Source of the DNA: an uncultured Pseudanabaenaceae cyanobacterium
Lineage (GTDB): Bacteria > Cyanobacteriota > Cyanobacteriia > PCC-9006 > JAAUQQ01
Reading direction: 5' to 3'
DNA length: 64,000 nt
Assembly: GCA_937949725.1 (NCBI GenBank)
Contig: CALECT010000048.1
Coordinates: 6,626 to 70,625 of the forward strand
The notes beneath the pieces were generated by a model that was not told the DNA's origin, ran no database searches, and saw only the letters and a program-made list of their open reading frames with translations. Made by a program: the position numbers and the translations under genes. Every line of letters starts with the position of its first letter. Positions within the stretch are counted from its first letter, which is position 1. This document shows positions 40,196 to 50,003 of the stretch, piece by piece.

Positions 40196-41293
40196 ATGTC
40201 CGTTCTGGCAGCCATCGGCGTCCTAGCCCTTTTGATCTTCGTCCATGAATTGGGCCATTTCCTCGCCGCTCGGCTCCAGGGGATCTATGCCAATAAGTTC
40301 TCCATCGGTTTTGGTCCTGCGCTACTGAGCTACCAAGGACCGATGACGGAGTATGCGCTGCGGGCGATTCCCCTAGGCGGCTATGTGGGCTTTCCAGAGG
40401 ATGACCCGGAGAGTGGCATTGAGCCCACGGATCCCAACCTGTTGCAGAACCGGCCTATTTTGGACCGGGCGATCGTGATCAGTGCAGGCGTCATTGCCAA
40501 TCTGGTGTTTGCCTATGCCATTTTGGTGGCGCAATCCACCATTGTAGGTTTGCCCCAGGGGTACGATCTCAAGCCCGGTGTGTTGATTCCCCAAGTGGTG
40601 GATAACAGCTCAGCGGCAACGGCGGCGGGGATTAAAGCTGGTGATGTGGTGCTCAAGGCAGACTCCAAGGTTTTTGATGCTTCGGAGAGCTCCGTGCAGG
40701 AGCTGATTGCCATTATTAAGTCCAGCGCCGAGAAGCCGGTTTCCTTGACCGTTGAGCGTGGCGAAAACATCGTCGATCTCACGGTGACGCCCAGGACTGG
40801 GGCGGATGGAAATGGACTGATTGGCGTCCAGCTAGAACCCAACGGTAGCCCCATCTTTCGTCGCCCCAATAGCTTCGCTGAGCCATTTCGGGCGGGCGCT
40901 AGACAGTTTGAATTTTTGGGACGCCAGATTGTTGATGGTTTTCGTCAGCTGGTGACCGACTTTACCAACGTTGCACCTCAGCTCAAGGGGCCTGTAAAGA
41001 TCGTTGAGTTTGGGGCCGATATTGCAAAGTCTGATTCAGGCAACCTGTATTTCTTTGCTGCATTCATTAGCATTAACTTGGCTTTCATCAATATCTTGCC
41101 TCTCCCTGCGCTAGACGGTGGTCAGCTTGCCTTCTTGCTATTTGAAGCGATACGCGGCAAGCCCTTGCCTCAGAAGTTTCAAGATGTGGTGATGCAGTCT
41201 GGATTGATGCTGTTGTTGGGCCTAGGGGTGTTCTTGATTATCAAGGATACGACCCAACTCAATTTTGTTAGGCAGTTCTTTTCCCAGTCGTAG
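40196..41293 (+). CDS. rseP: RIP (site-2) zinc metalloprotease RseP
   Basis: HELGHFLAAR (HExxH) in the first TM segment, a central PDZ (AAGIKAGDVV), and C-terminal NILPLPALDGG. Confidence 0.9.
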   Translation: MSVLAAIGVLALLIFVHELGHFLAARLQGIYANKFSIGFGPALLSYQGPMTEYALRAIPLGGYVGFPEDDPESGIEPTDPNLLQNRPILDRAIVISAGVIANLVFAYAILVAQSTIVGLPQGYDLKPGVLIPQVVDNSSAATAAGIKAGDVVLKADSKVFDASESSVQELIAIIKSSAEKPVSLTVERGENIVDLTVTPRTGADGNGLIGVQLEPNGSPIFRRPNSFAEPFRAGARQFEFLGRQIVDGFRQLVTDFTNVAPQLKGPVKIVEFGADIAKSDSGNLYFFAAFISINLAFINILPLPALDGGQLAFLLFEAIRGKPLPQKFQDVVMQSGLMLLLGLGVFLIIKDTTQLNFVRQFFSQS

Positions 41294-41430
41294 TCGTTTC
41301 TGGGTTGATAGTTGCTGAGTGAACTGTGCTTCGTTGGGACAATGTTTGAGTGCTGAAGCTTAGGGGTGGACGGTGGTTCGCCCCTCTTTTGTGTCTAGCT
41401 TGTTGTTGAGTGCTTCTTTGGGTGAGATCT

Positions 41431-42177
41431 ATGGCTGCGTCAAAGCAATCTTCTTCAAACAAGGTGTCAGCGATCGCCAAGAAAGGCGGTAAAACGTCTG
41501 CAAAGCCTCGCAAAGGGCGGGTCACCCAAAAACAACTGCGCGCTTTAGCCATCCTGGAAGAACTCAAGCGACTCTATCCTGAAGCACCTTGCTCCTTGGA
41601 TTTTGAGAACCCGTTACAGCTAATGATTGCCACGATGCTGGCGGCTCAATGTACGGATGAGCGAGTTAACAAGGTGACGCCAGCTCTGTTTGAGCGCTAT
41701 CCCGATGTGGAGGCTTTTGCGGGGGCAGAGTTGGAGGAGCTGGAGAAATATGTGAAGTCCACAGGCTTCTATCGAAATAAGGCCAAGAACATTCGTCTCA
41801 ACTGCCAGCGCTTAATCGAGGTCTATGGCGGGGAGGTGCCCCAGACCATGGAGGATTTGGTTTCCCTGGCCGGTGTTGCTCGCAAAACGGCCAATGTGGT
41901 GCTGGCCCATGGCTTTGGAATTAACGGTGGTGTGACGGTGGATACCCATGTAAAGCGGATTACAAATCTGCTGAAGCTGACGAAGTCGGATAATCCGGTG
42001 CAGATTGAGCGAGACTTGATGAAGCTGTTGCCCCAGCCCGATTGGGAGAATTGGTCGATTCGGTTGGTGTATCACGGGCGGGCGGTTTGTGTGGCGCGGC
42101 GACCGGACTGCGATCGCTGCACGCTAATTGAGCATTGCCCCTCAGGCCCCAAGATTTTGGCCGGCAAAAAGCCCTAG
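41431..42177 (+). CDS. nth: endonuclease III
   Basis: HhH motif LVSLAGVARKTANVVL, catalytic-region DTHV, and Fe-S cluster CVARRPDCDRCTLIEHC. ATG 41431 (MAASKQ) is preferred over the track start at 41410. Confidence 0.9.
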   Translation: MAASKQSSSNKVSAIAKKGGKTSAKPRKGRVTQKQLRALAILEELKRLYPEAPCSLDFENPLQLMIATMLAAQCTDERVNKVTPALFERYPDVEAFAGAELEELEKYVKSTGFYRNKAKNIRLNCQRLIEVYGGEVPQTMEDLVSLAGVARKTANVVLAHGFGINGGVTVDTHVKRITNLLKLTKSDNPVQIERDLMKLLPQPDWENWSIRLVYHGRAVCVARRPDCDRCTLIEHCPSGPKILAGKKP

Positions 42178-42243
42178 GAGCTGTGAAGTGAAACCTAGGG
42201 CTTTTGGAGTTTAGGTTGGAATAGAAGGAGCTGTTATATCGAC

Positions 42244-42456
42244 CTAACTAGCTGTGGCGAGGCTAGAGTGATGAACGAGCTGTTTTGCAGAGACTAGAGC
42301 ATTAGAAACATTAGGCTGGATGGGTTCAGCAATTTCAAATTTGCAGCTTAGGGAAACGAGGGGCATTTCTTGCCAACAGCTGCGGCAGAACCAATGAATT
42401 TCGCCGCTACGAATGCGACGTAGTAATTGATCTTCACAGCAAGGACATTGGCCCAT
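42244..42456 (-). CDS. small zinc-ribbon protein (hypothetical)
   Basis: MGQCPCCEDQLLRRIRSGEIHWFCRSCWQEMP carries two CxxC pairs. Start ATG 42456 is chosen; the track ORF extends to 42570. Confidence 0.4.
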   Translation of the reverse strand: MGQCPCCEDQLLRRIRSGEIHWFCRSCWQEMPLVSLSCKFEIAEPIQPNVSNALVSAKQLVHHSSLATAS

Positions 42457-42789
42457 GGGCTTTTCTCCAGTATTGAGACGTGATCCCCGATGGGATCTCT
42501 CCATATCTGGATGGTAGTCGTCTAATTTCTTCTTGTACGGAATTGGGCAAGGGATGTTAAGAAAAGACAATCAAGCACATACTTCGTTTCACACTTTCGA
42601 ACAAAGGAAAAAAGAAAGTAAAGTTTTCTGGAAATTGTGCGTCTTTCTGTTATTCACATCGCTGAGTTGGGAATCTATCTTTGAGCTGGGGATCACCTAC
42701 TACAAAAGGCTCTCAGCCAAATCTCGCAATAGACTACGACGAGCAAAAAAGAACGATTCTAAGCTCGGATGTAACCAGAAACTTATAAT

Positions 42790-43533
42790 TCATTCCATCC
42801 AATAGGGCACTTGATAATGGCCTTTTTTTAGCTCTGCTTTGAGGGTCTCATAGCGGGACTCATGGCGGCTGACAAGGTTCCAGAATTCAGGAGAGTGGTT
42901 GAAGTGGATGGTGTGGCAGAGCTCGTGGACGAGGACGTAGCGGACGATCGCGGGGCGCAGAAAGAGCAGTTTGCTGTTGAGACTGATGCTGTGCTTACTG
43001 GAACAGCTGCCCCAGCGGGTTTTGGGCGATCTAATGGTGACGCGGGTATAGTCGAGGCCGACTTGATCGCTGATGCGGGCGAGCCAAGGAGAAAGCTGCT
43101 GTTTGGCAGTTTGAACCAGCCACTGCTTAAGGGCTAGGCGGCACAGTTCCCAGTCGTCAGTGGCACCGATGAGTACGAGCTGACAATTGGGATGGACAAT
43201 GTATCGGATGCCTTGGGCAGCAGTGGGGCGATAGCTGACCTGCCAGATTTGGTCTAGGGCGGCCAGGTCAACGCTATCGGGGAAGGGACTCACTAGGGTG
43301 GGATCGGCTTCGGATTGACGCAGGGCCATTTTGCGCTGGACCCGGTCAATCCAGCTTTGCTTTTTGGCGAGGATGCTGGGGATGTGGCTACAGTCGAAGC
43401 CTTTGGGGACGATAACTTCTAGCTGACCTTGGGCTGATACACGCAGGGAGACATGTTTGGCCCTTGCGCTCTCCCGCACGGCGTAGTCAGGGGTTTGAGT
43501 TGAGCCTGTGAGGGGAGCTTGGGACATTCGCAA
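42790..43533 (-). CDS. YgjP-like M48/DUF45 metal-dependent hydrolase
   Basis: YVLVHELCHTIHFNHSPEFW (HExxH plus a downstream His/Glu), which is typical DUF45. Confidence 0.8.
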   Translation of the reverse strand: MRMSQAPLTGSTQTPDYAVRESARAKHVSLRVSAQGQLEVIVPKGFDCSHIPSILAKKQSWIDRVQRKMALRQSEADPTLVSPFPDSVDLAALDQIWQVSYRPTAAQGIRYIVHPNCQLVLIGATDDWELCRLALKQWLVQTAKQQLSPWLARISDQVGLDYTRVTIRSPKTRWGSCSSKHSISLNSKLLFLRPAIVRYVLVHELCHTIHFNHSPEFWNLVSRHESRYETLKAELKKGHYQVPYWME

Positions 43534-43691
43534 GGGCGCTGCTGCCTGGAGAGACGGGGAGCGATGGATATGAGGCTTATACTAGCTCGATCCTAGCGAG
43601 ATTCCTGCTGGCTTGTCTAGGCTGAAATCTTCTGCAAGAAAGGCTGGTTGGGAGAGTTGCGCATTTCTTGCAGGAGGTGGGCCAATTGGCC

Positions 43692-45218
43692 TTAGCCCAG
43701 CAGTTGTTGCCACATGGTCATGACATCCCAGCGAGACTGGCTGGTGTTTTCTTCGTGGCGTTTCCAGAAGTCGGACCACCAGCCGGGGGGCTGATCTTTG
43801 GGGCCATCGTATTCGGTGGGGCGGTTGGTGTTGCCGCCGGTGACGAGGCTACCAACGTAGTCGGCATCGCTGTAGACCTGGGCAATTTGGTCGTTGATTT
43901 CGCGCATGTCGGCTTCGGAGACGACGCCGTTGCTGGTGGCTTTGTAGAACTGGACGGTGGCGCGGATGGGGAAGTTGGGGTCGCGTTCAATGGCGAGGTT
44001 ATCAATCTCAGTGAAGGGGCCTTCAACTTCGCCATGGCCAATAACGGCGGCTTCGACGTCGCTGCGTTCAAGCTTGGCTGATTCTTCCATGGGAGCTGAT
44101 GCCGATGGCATGGCCAGCATGTCGTTTTCCATGGCTCCACCCCAGAGTTGGCGAGGCTGCTCTTTTTGTTTGAGGGGGACTTGAATCATGACGACCATAT
44201 TGAGGCCATCTTTTTCGGTGGCGGCGGGCTGGTCTTCGCCACCGTTGCCCCGTCCATCGCCGTAGCGGTTGTAGTCGCTGAGGCGCTGGCCGGTGAAGCT
44301 GGCCCGCTCTCCATCCTTATTGAAAAATAAGCGTTGTCCCCAGCTCTGCCCGGCTTCAAAGCCATCGCGGGTGTTGTCGATGATGGTCATGCTGGTGCCT
44401 TCACGGGTGGCCATGATGGTGAGCACGGCGGGGTTTTCTTGGTAGGACTGGTAGTTGAAGAGGACGGGGTTGAAGGTGGCGTCGCCTGCTTGGGGGATGG
44501 GCAGGAATGCGGCTTGGGCGCTGGTGAGGACGTGGCTATCGCGGGGGGCGAGGAGGGAGTTGCGGCGGCCTTTCCAGGAGTCGGGTTCGTGGAGGTAGCT
44601 GCGCAGGTCGCCGAGGAGTTCTTTGAGGGAGACGCGCTCTAGGTCGTCGCCTTTTTCGTTGCCGACGAGGACGAAGAATTTGTCGAGGTCAATGTCGGCG
44701 GTTTCGTCGGAGAAGTTGGGTTTGCGAATGACGGGCATGAGGCTGAGGTTGTATTGCCCTGTTTCGGGGTTGCGCTGTTGGACTTGGATGGTCATGTCGC
44801 TGATGTTGGGGCCGACGGAGGAGTTTTTGTAGCGGCCGGTGTCTTCCCAGGTGACGTTGAGGATGTCGAGGCCGAAGTTGTCGGCGAGGCGTTGGGCAGC
44901 GCTGTTGCTGACCATGGATGCGGTTTTTTGGATGACGTTGGCGTAGCGGCGGTGGTTGGCGATGGCGAGGCGTTGTTCTGCGATTTCGACTTCGAGGACG
45001 TCGGTTGGCTTGTTGGCAGGATTTTGGGGTTCCACGCTTTCTGCCGCTGTGGTGTTCTCTTCGCTGTCGCTGACGATGCCCCAGCCTTGAGCGATTTGTG
45101 CATCAGCTTTCACGGGGCTGAGGGCCTGGCTGGGTGAGGAGAAGGCGGGGAGGAGGCTGAGGCCGAGGGCAAGGGCAAACCAGCGAGGAGCAGATGGAGA
45201 AGTCATGGCCAATTCCAA
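43692..45218 (-). CDS. secreted hypothetical protein
   Basis: 508 aa with signal peptide (M)TSPSAPRWFALALGLSLLPAFSSPSQA. I recognise no motif. The coding strand is C+A-rich, and many overlapping track ORFs here are artefacts. Confidence 0.6.
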   Translation of the reverse strand: MELAMTSPSAPRWFALALGLSLLPAFSSPSQALSPVKADAQIAQGWGIVSDSEENTTAAESVEPQNPANKPTDVLEVEIAEQRLAIANHRRYANVIQKTASMVSNSAAQRLADNFGLDILNVTWEDTGRYKNSSVGPNISDMTIQVQQRNPETGQYNLSLMPVIRKPNFSDETADIDLDKFFVLVGNEKGDDLERVSLKELLGDLRSYLHEPDSWKGRRNSLLAPRDSHVLTSAQAAFLPIPQAGDATFNPVLFNYQSYQENPAVLTIMATREGTSMTIIDNTRDGFEAGQSWGQRLFFNKDGERASFTGQRLSDYNRYGDGRGNGGEDQPAATEKDGLNMVVMIQVPLKQKEQPRQLWGGAMENDMLAMPSASAPMEESAKLERSDVEAAVIGHGEVEGPFTEIDNLAIERDPNFPIRATVQFYKATSNGVVSEADMREINDQIAQVYSDADYVGSLVTGGNTNRPTEYDGPKDQPPGWWSDFWKRHEENTSQSRWDVMTMWQQLLG

Positions 45219-45416
45219 TTCAATGGTAGCTTCAATGTATGTGGAGAAATACTGATGAGATGGCAGGTTTCGTTTTTTGAAACCGGGTATGGATATCCCA
45301 TCTGGACCAAACTCTCTCTGGGCTCTGGTTCATGTGACGTTTCCGCATTTGGCTCAGAGAGTAGGTCATTCTTCCTGGGAATATCGCTAGGATGAGGGTG
45401 ACGGTTTTGACTGAGC

Positions 45417-48400
45417 TTGGCGGGAGTGGCGGTTGTGGGGGAGCAGGTAGACACGGGGCGGGAGCAGGCGCTGCGGCTGATTGAGCAGGCTGCGGCTGAG
45501 GGGTGGACGGAGCTGGATCTATCTGAGATGGATTTGGTAGAGCTGCCTACTGAGATTGTTAACCTAACTCAGCTTGAGGTACTGATCTTAGGGAGAAAGA
45601 AACAGAAGACCCCTGAAGAGCAAATTACCGAGCTTGTATTTGATTTCCTATTCTCTTTGTTGCCCCCTATCATCGAAACTCTGAGGTCGCTGCAGGCAGA
45701 TTTCAGCAAAACTCAGTTATCCGAGGTGCCGGAAAGCATCGCGCAGCTGAGCAATCTACGAGTTCTTGACCTCAGAGGAACCCAGATATCGGAGTTACCG
45801 GAGAGCATCACACAGCTGAGCAATCTACAAGTCCTCAACCTCGGTTCATCTCAGATATCGGAGTTACCGGAGAGCATCACACAGCTGAGCAATCTACAAG
45901 TCCTCAACCTCGATTCAACTCAGATATCGGAGTTACCGGAGAGCATCACACAGCTGAGCAATCTACAAGTCCTCAACCTCGGTTCAACTCAGATATCGGA
46001 GTTACCGGAGAGCATCACGCAGCTGAGAAATCTACAAGTCCTCTACCTCGATTCAACTCAGATATCGGAGTTACTGGAGAGCATCACGCAGCTGAGCAAT
46101 CTACAAGTCCTCAACCTCGGTTCAACTCAGATATCGAAGTTACCGGAGAGCATCACGCAGCTGAGCAATCTACAAGCTCTCAACCTCGATTCAATTCAGA
46201 TATCGGAGTTACCGGAGAGCATCACGCAGCTGAGCAATCTACAAGTTCTCAACCTCGATTCAATTCAGATATCGGAGTTACCGGAGAGCATCACGCAGCT
46301 GAGCAATCTACAAGTTCTCAACCTCGATTCAACTCAGATATCGAAGTTACCGGAGAGCATCACGCAGCTGAGCAATCTACAAGTTCTCAACCTCGATTCA
46401 ACTCAAATCTCGGAGTTACCGGGGAGCATCACGCAGCTGAGCAATCTACAAGTTCTCGACCTCTCTTCAACTCAGATATCGGAGTTACCGGGGAGCATCA
46501 CGCAGCTGAGCAATCTACAAGTTCTCGACCTCTCTTCAACTCAAATCTCGGAGTTACCGGAGAGCATCACGCAGCTGAGCAATCTACAAGTCCTCTACCT
46601 TGGTTCAACTCAGATATCGGAGTTACCGGAGAGCATCACGCAGCTGAGCAATCTACAAGTTCTCAACCTCGGTTCAACTCAGATATCGAAGTTACCGGAG
46701 AGCATCACGCAGCTGAGCAATCTACAAGCTCTCAACCTCGATTCAACTCAAATCTCGGAGTTACCGGAGAGCATCACTCAGCTAACGAGTCTCCAATCCC
46801 TCAACCTCAGCGGAACGAAGATATCAGAGCTGCCCGAGAGCATCACTCAGCTAACGAGTCTCCAATCCCTCGACCTCAGCGGAACGAAGATATCAGAGCT
46901 GCCCGAGAGCATCACTCAGCTGACGAGTCTCCAATCCCTCGACCTCAGCGGAACGAAGATTTCCGAGCTGCCCGAGAGCGTCACTCAGCTATCGAGTCTC
47001 CAATCCCTCAACCTCAGCGGAACGAAGATATCAGAGCTGCCCGAGAGCATCATTCAGCTAACGAGTCTCCTCCAATCCCTCTACCTCAGCGGAACGAAGA
47101 TTTCCGAGCTGCCCGAGAGCGTTACTCAGCTATCGAGTCTCCAATCCCTCAACCTCAACAGTACGCAGATTTCTGAGCTGCCCGAGAGCGTCACTCAGCT
47201 ATCGAGTCTCCAATCCTTCAACCTCAGCGGAACGAAGATTTCCGAGCTGCCCGATAGCGTCACTCAGCTATCGAGTCTCCAATCCCTCAACCTCATGCAA
47301 ACTCAAATCTCGGTGTTTCCTGAGATTGTTACTCAACTCCCGAGTCTGCAAGAACTTGACCTTGATGGAACAGCAATCTCAAAACTGTCCGACAGCATTA
47401 GTCAGCTTACGAACTTGACCTCCCTTGATATAAGAAACACTCAAATATCAGAGCTACCCCAGAGCATTACTCAGCTCTCAGGTTTACAGTCTCTCTACCT
47501 TATGTCCTGCCGAATTTCCCAACTTCCCAACTGGTGGAAAACTTGGTCAACTCCTGCCTCAATAGGACTGAGCGGTAATCCATTACCGATTCCCGAGGCA
47601 CTCTTAAGCTCAACTGACCCTGATTCTTTGCAAGCTATTATTAATTTCTATTTCCAAACCCAAGACCCCGAAGCCAAACCTCTCTACGAAGCCAAACTCC
47701 TGATCGTCGGTGAGGGAGAAACCGGTAAAACCACCTTGGCTAAGAAGCTCCAAGACCGAGACTACAAACTTAAACTGATCGACAGCGACAATCCCGAAAA
47801 ATCCACCGAAGGCATCGACATCATTCAGTGGCAATTCGACCAAGCTGACGGCACCCCTTTCCGCGTCAACGTCTGGGACTTCGGCGGTCAGGAAGTCTAC
47901 CATGCAACCCACCAATTCTTCCTCACCAAACGCTCCCTCTATGCCCTCGTCGTCGATAACCGCCGCGAAAACCCCAACTTCTACTACTGGCTTAACGTTG
48001 TCCGCCTACTCAGTGACAACAGCCCCGTCTTCATCGTCAAAAACGAGAAACAAAACCGCCAGTGCGAAATTAACGAAGGTCAACTGCGAGCCGAATTCAA
48101 AAGCCTGATCAACCAAACCATCTGCGTCAATTTCGCCGAAAATCGGGGCCTCGACGAACTAGAGACCATGATCAAAACCCAAATGGTCCAACTCCCCGAA
48201 GTTCAACAGCCCTGGCCCCCCAGATGGGTGAGAATTCGCAACGTCCTCGAAAACTACGATCGCAACTACATCGACCTCGCCGAATACCTCACCCTCTGCA
48301 ACACCAACGGCGTCCCCGACAAAATCGAAGCTCTTCAGATCAGCGCTCAACTCCATGAACTTGGCATCTGCCTCCACTTCCAAAAAGAACCCGGCCTCAA

Positions 48401-50003
48401 ACAATACGTCATCCTCAAACCCGCCTGGGTCACCAACGCCGTCTATCAAGTCACCGACTACCCCAAAGTCAAAAACGACATGGGTCGCTTCAGCCAAGAT
48501 GATCTCGAAGACATCTGGAGCGACAGCGAATACGCAGAGTTGCGGGAAGAACTGCTTAGCCTGATGCAGATGCGAAAATTCAGCATCTGCTACCCCCTCA
48601 AAGACCGCCCCGACACCTACATCGTCCCCAGCCTGCTCTCCCATCAGCGTCCAACCTACGAATGGGACTACCAGCAAAACCTGATCCTGCGCTACGAATA
48701 CGGCTTTATGCCCAAGGGCATCATTCCCCGGCTCGTCGTCGAAATGCATCGCTACATTGAAGACAGCCCTCGCCCAGAATCGCCAGAGGAACAGGCAGAA
48801 AAAATTGGCCTCGTCTGGAAAACGGGCGTTATCCTACGCGATGGCGACGCCCGCGCCCAGGTCGTCGAAACCTACGACAGACGCGAAATCACCATTCACG
48901 TTTCAGGCCATCAGCGTAAGCAACTGCTCTACTACATCCGCTACGAACTGCGACAAATCCACGACACCTATCCCAACCTGGACTACCAAGAATTTATTCC
49001 CTGCAACTGCGAACAGTGCGACGGTTCCGAGCACCCCTACACCTACCGTCTCAGCGACCTAGAACGTCGCCTCACGAACCAACGCTACGAAGTGGAATGC
49101 GAGAAAAGCTACGACATGGTCAGCGTCCAGCGCTTAATCAGTGACGTCATCATTGAGCCAGAATTGCAGCGCGATCACTGGGGCTTGGAGAATGATGCAG
49201 GGTTTTCCGACATCAACATCAGCATCAACCAATCTAGCGATGATCACCGCGACCTGAGCAAAACCTTCAACCAAACCAACAGCGGCGGCACCAACTTTCA
49301 AAACAACATCAGCGGTGGCAAAGTCAACCAAGCTAAAGCAATCAACCTCAACCCCAACGCATCAGCAGATGCCCATACACCCAACGCCGACGCCCGCACC
49401 ATCCTTTTCCTCGCCTCCAACCCCAAACAAACCGGCAGACTCCGCCTCGACCAAGAACTGCGCGAACTCGACGAAAGCCTCCGCCGCGCCCAACGCCGCA
49501 GCCAATTCAAACTCGAAAACAAAGGTGCCATCCGCACCCGTGACTTCACCCGCGCCCTCCTCGACATCAACCCCCACATCGTCCACTTCTCCGGCCACGG
49601 CAAAGACAGCACCGCCTCCAACGACAGCCGCCCCCCCGAGTCAGAACACCAACCTCTTCAAGGACTCCTCTTCGAAGACGAAACCGGCAACCCCCAACTC
49701 GTCAGTGGCGAACAACTCGCCGATGTCTTCGAACTCTTCGCCGACCAAGTCGAATGCGTCCTAATCAACGCCTGCCACTCCCACAACCAGGCCGACGCCA
49801 TCGCCCAACATATCCCCTACGTCATCGGCATGAACCGCCCCATCTCCGACAAAGGCGCGATTGAATTTGCCATTGCCTTCTACGACGCCATCGGCGCAGG
49901 CCGCGACATCCCCTTCGCCTTCAAACTCGCCCGCACCCAACTCACCCACCGGGGCGAAAAAGACATCCCTCAGTTGTGGAGCAATAGTTCCAGCGCATCC
50001 TAA
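45417..50003 (+). CDS. ROCO protein: LRR array + Roc GTPase + COR + C-terminal caspase/CHAT-like domain
   Basis: 1528 aa. About 26 LRRs span 45747-47543. The Roc domain has G1 LLIVGEGETGKTTLAKKL (about 47709-47737), G3 VWDFGGQE and a degenerate G4 (VKNEKQ). The COR-like region has RWVRIRNVLENYDRNYIDLAEYLTLC...LHELGICLHFQ. The C-terminal domain (from about 49401) has a His-Cys dyad: IVHFSGHG (His 49596-49598) and VLINACHS (Cys 49773-49775). The start is ambiguous (TTG 45417, GTG 45426 or GTG 45435). Confidence 0.85.
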   Translation: MAGVAVVGEQVDTGREQALRLIEQAAAEGWTELDLSEMDLVELPTEIVNLTQLEVLILGRKKQKTPEEQITELVFDFLFSLLPPIIETLRSLQADFSKTQLSEVPESIAQLSNLRVLDLRGTQISELPESITQLSNLQVLNLGSSQISELPESITQLSNLQVLNLDSTQISELPESITQLSNLQVLNLGSTQISELPESITQLRNLQVLYLDSTQISELLESITQLSNLQVLNLGSTQISKLPESITQLSNLQALNLDSIQISELPESITQLSNLQVLNLDSIQISELPESITQLSNLQVLNLDSTQISKLPESITQLSNLQVLNLDSTQISELPGSITQLSNLQVLDLSSTQISELPGSITQLSNLQVLDLSSTQISELPESITQLSNLQVLYLGSTQISELPESITQLSNLQVLNLGSTQISKLPESITQLSNLQALNLDSTQISELPESITQLTSLQSLNLSGTKISELPESITQLTSLQSLDLSGTKISELPESITQLTSLQSLDLSGTKISELPESVTQLSSLQSLNLSGTKISELPESIIQLTSLLQSLYLSGTKISELPESVTQLSSLQSLNLNSTQISELPESVTQLSSLQSFNLSGTKISELPDSVTQLSSLQSLNLMQTQISVFPEIVTQLPSLQELDLDGTAISKLSDSISQLTNLTSLDIRNTQISELPQSITQLSGLQSLYLMSCRISQLPNWWKTWSTPASIGLSGNPLPIPEALLSSTDPDSLQAIINFYFQTQDPEAKPLYEAKLLIVGEGETGKTTLAKKLQDRDYKLKLIDSDNPEKSTEGIDIIQWQFDQADGTPFRVNVWDFGGQEVYHATHQFFLTKRSLYALVVDNRRENPNFYYWLNVVRLLSDNSPVFIVKNEKQNRQCEINEGQLRAEFKSLINQTICVNFAENRGLDELETMIKTQMVQLPEVQQPWPPRWVRIRNVLENYDRNYIDLAEYLTLCNTNGVPDKIEALQISAQLHELGICLHFQKEPGLKQYVILKPAWVTNAVYQVTDYPKVKNDMGRFSQDDLEDIWSDSEYAELREELLSLMQMRKFSICYPLKDRPDTYIVPSLLSHQRPTYEWDYQQNLILRYEYGFMPKGIIPRLVVEMHRYIEDSPRPESPEEQAEKIGLVWKTGVILRDGDARAQVVETYDRREITIHVSGHQRKQLLYYIRYELRQIHDTYPNLDYQEFIPCNCEQCDGSEHPYTYRLSDLERRLTNQRYEVECEKSYDMVSVQRLISDVIIEPELQRDHWGLENDAGFSDINISINQSSDDHRDLSKTFNQTNSGGTNFQNNISGGKVNQAKAINLNPNASADAHTPNADARTILFLASNPKQTGRLRLDQELRELDESLRRAQRRSQFKLENKGAIRTRDFTRALLDINPHIVHFSGHGKDSTASNDSRPPESEHQPLQGLLFEDETGNPQLVSGEQLADVFELFADQVECVLINACHSHNQADAIAQHIPYVIGMNRPISDKGAIEFAIAFYDAIGAGRDIPFAFKLARTQLTHRGEKDIPQLWSNSSSAS
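45747..47543 (+). repeat. in-frame 69-bp tandem repeat array (26 units) encoding 23-aa LRRs
   Basis: Units 1-15 (45747-46781) encode LSNLQVLNL(G/D/S)STQISELPESITQ with very high nucleotide identity. Units 16-22 (46782-47336) form a second subfamily, L(T/S)SLQSLNLSGTKISELPES(I/V)TQ. One unit is 72 bp (LTSLLQSLYL). Units 23-26 are more diverged. Confidence 0.95.

Noticed and set aside
43668-45218. Eight overlapping ORFs on both strands across the 508-aa gene (e.g. 43668-44081+, 43718-44140-, 44754-45137+)
   Set aside because: The plus strand is G+T-rich here, so stop codons are rare in all frames. The products are low-complexity (G/V/A-rich or P/T/S-rich). Only the 43692-45218 minus frame has a signal peptide and ordinary composition.
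45747-47543. The regular 69-bp periodicity as a possible CRISPR array
   Set aside because: There are no unique spacers between the repeats. The units are contiguous, in frame and encode canonical LRRs within one long ORF.
47610-49949. Antisense and alternative-frame ORFs inside the ROCO gene (e.g. 48159-48749-, 49315-49764+)
   Set aside because: They lie in the C+A-rich block and give low-complexity products. The main frame carries Roc, COR and caspase-like motifs throughout.
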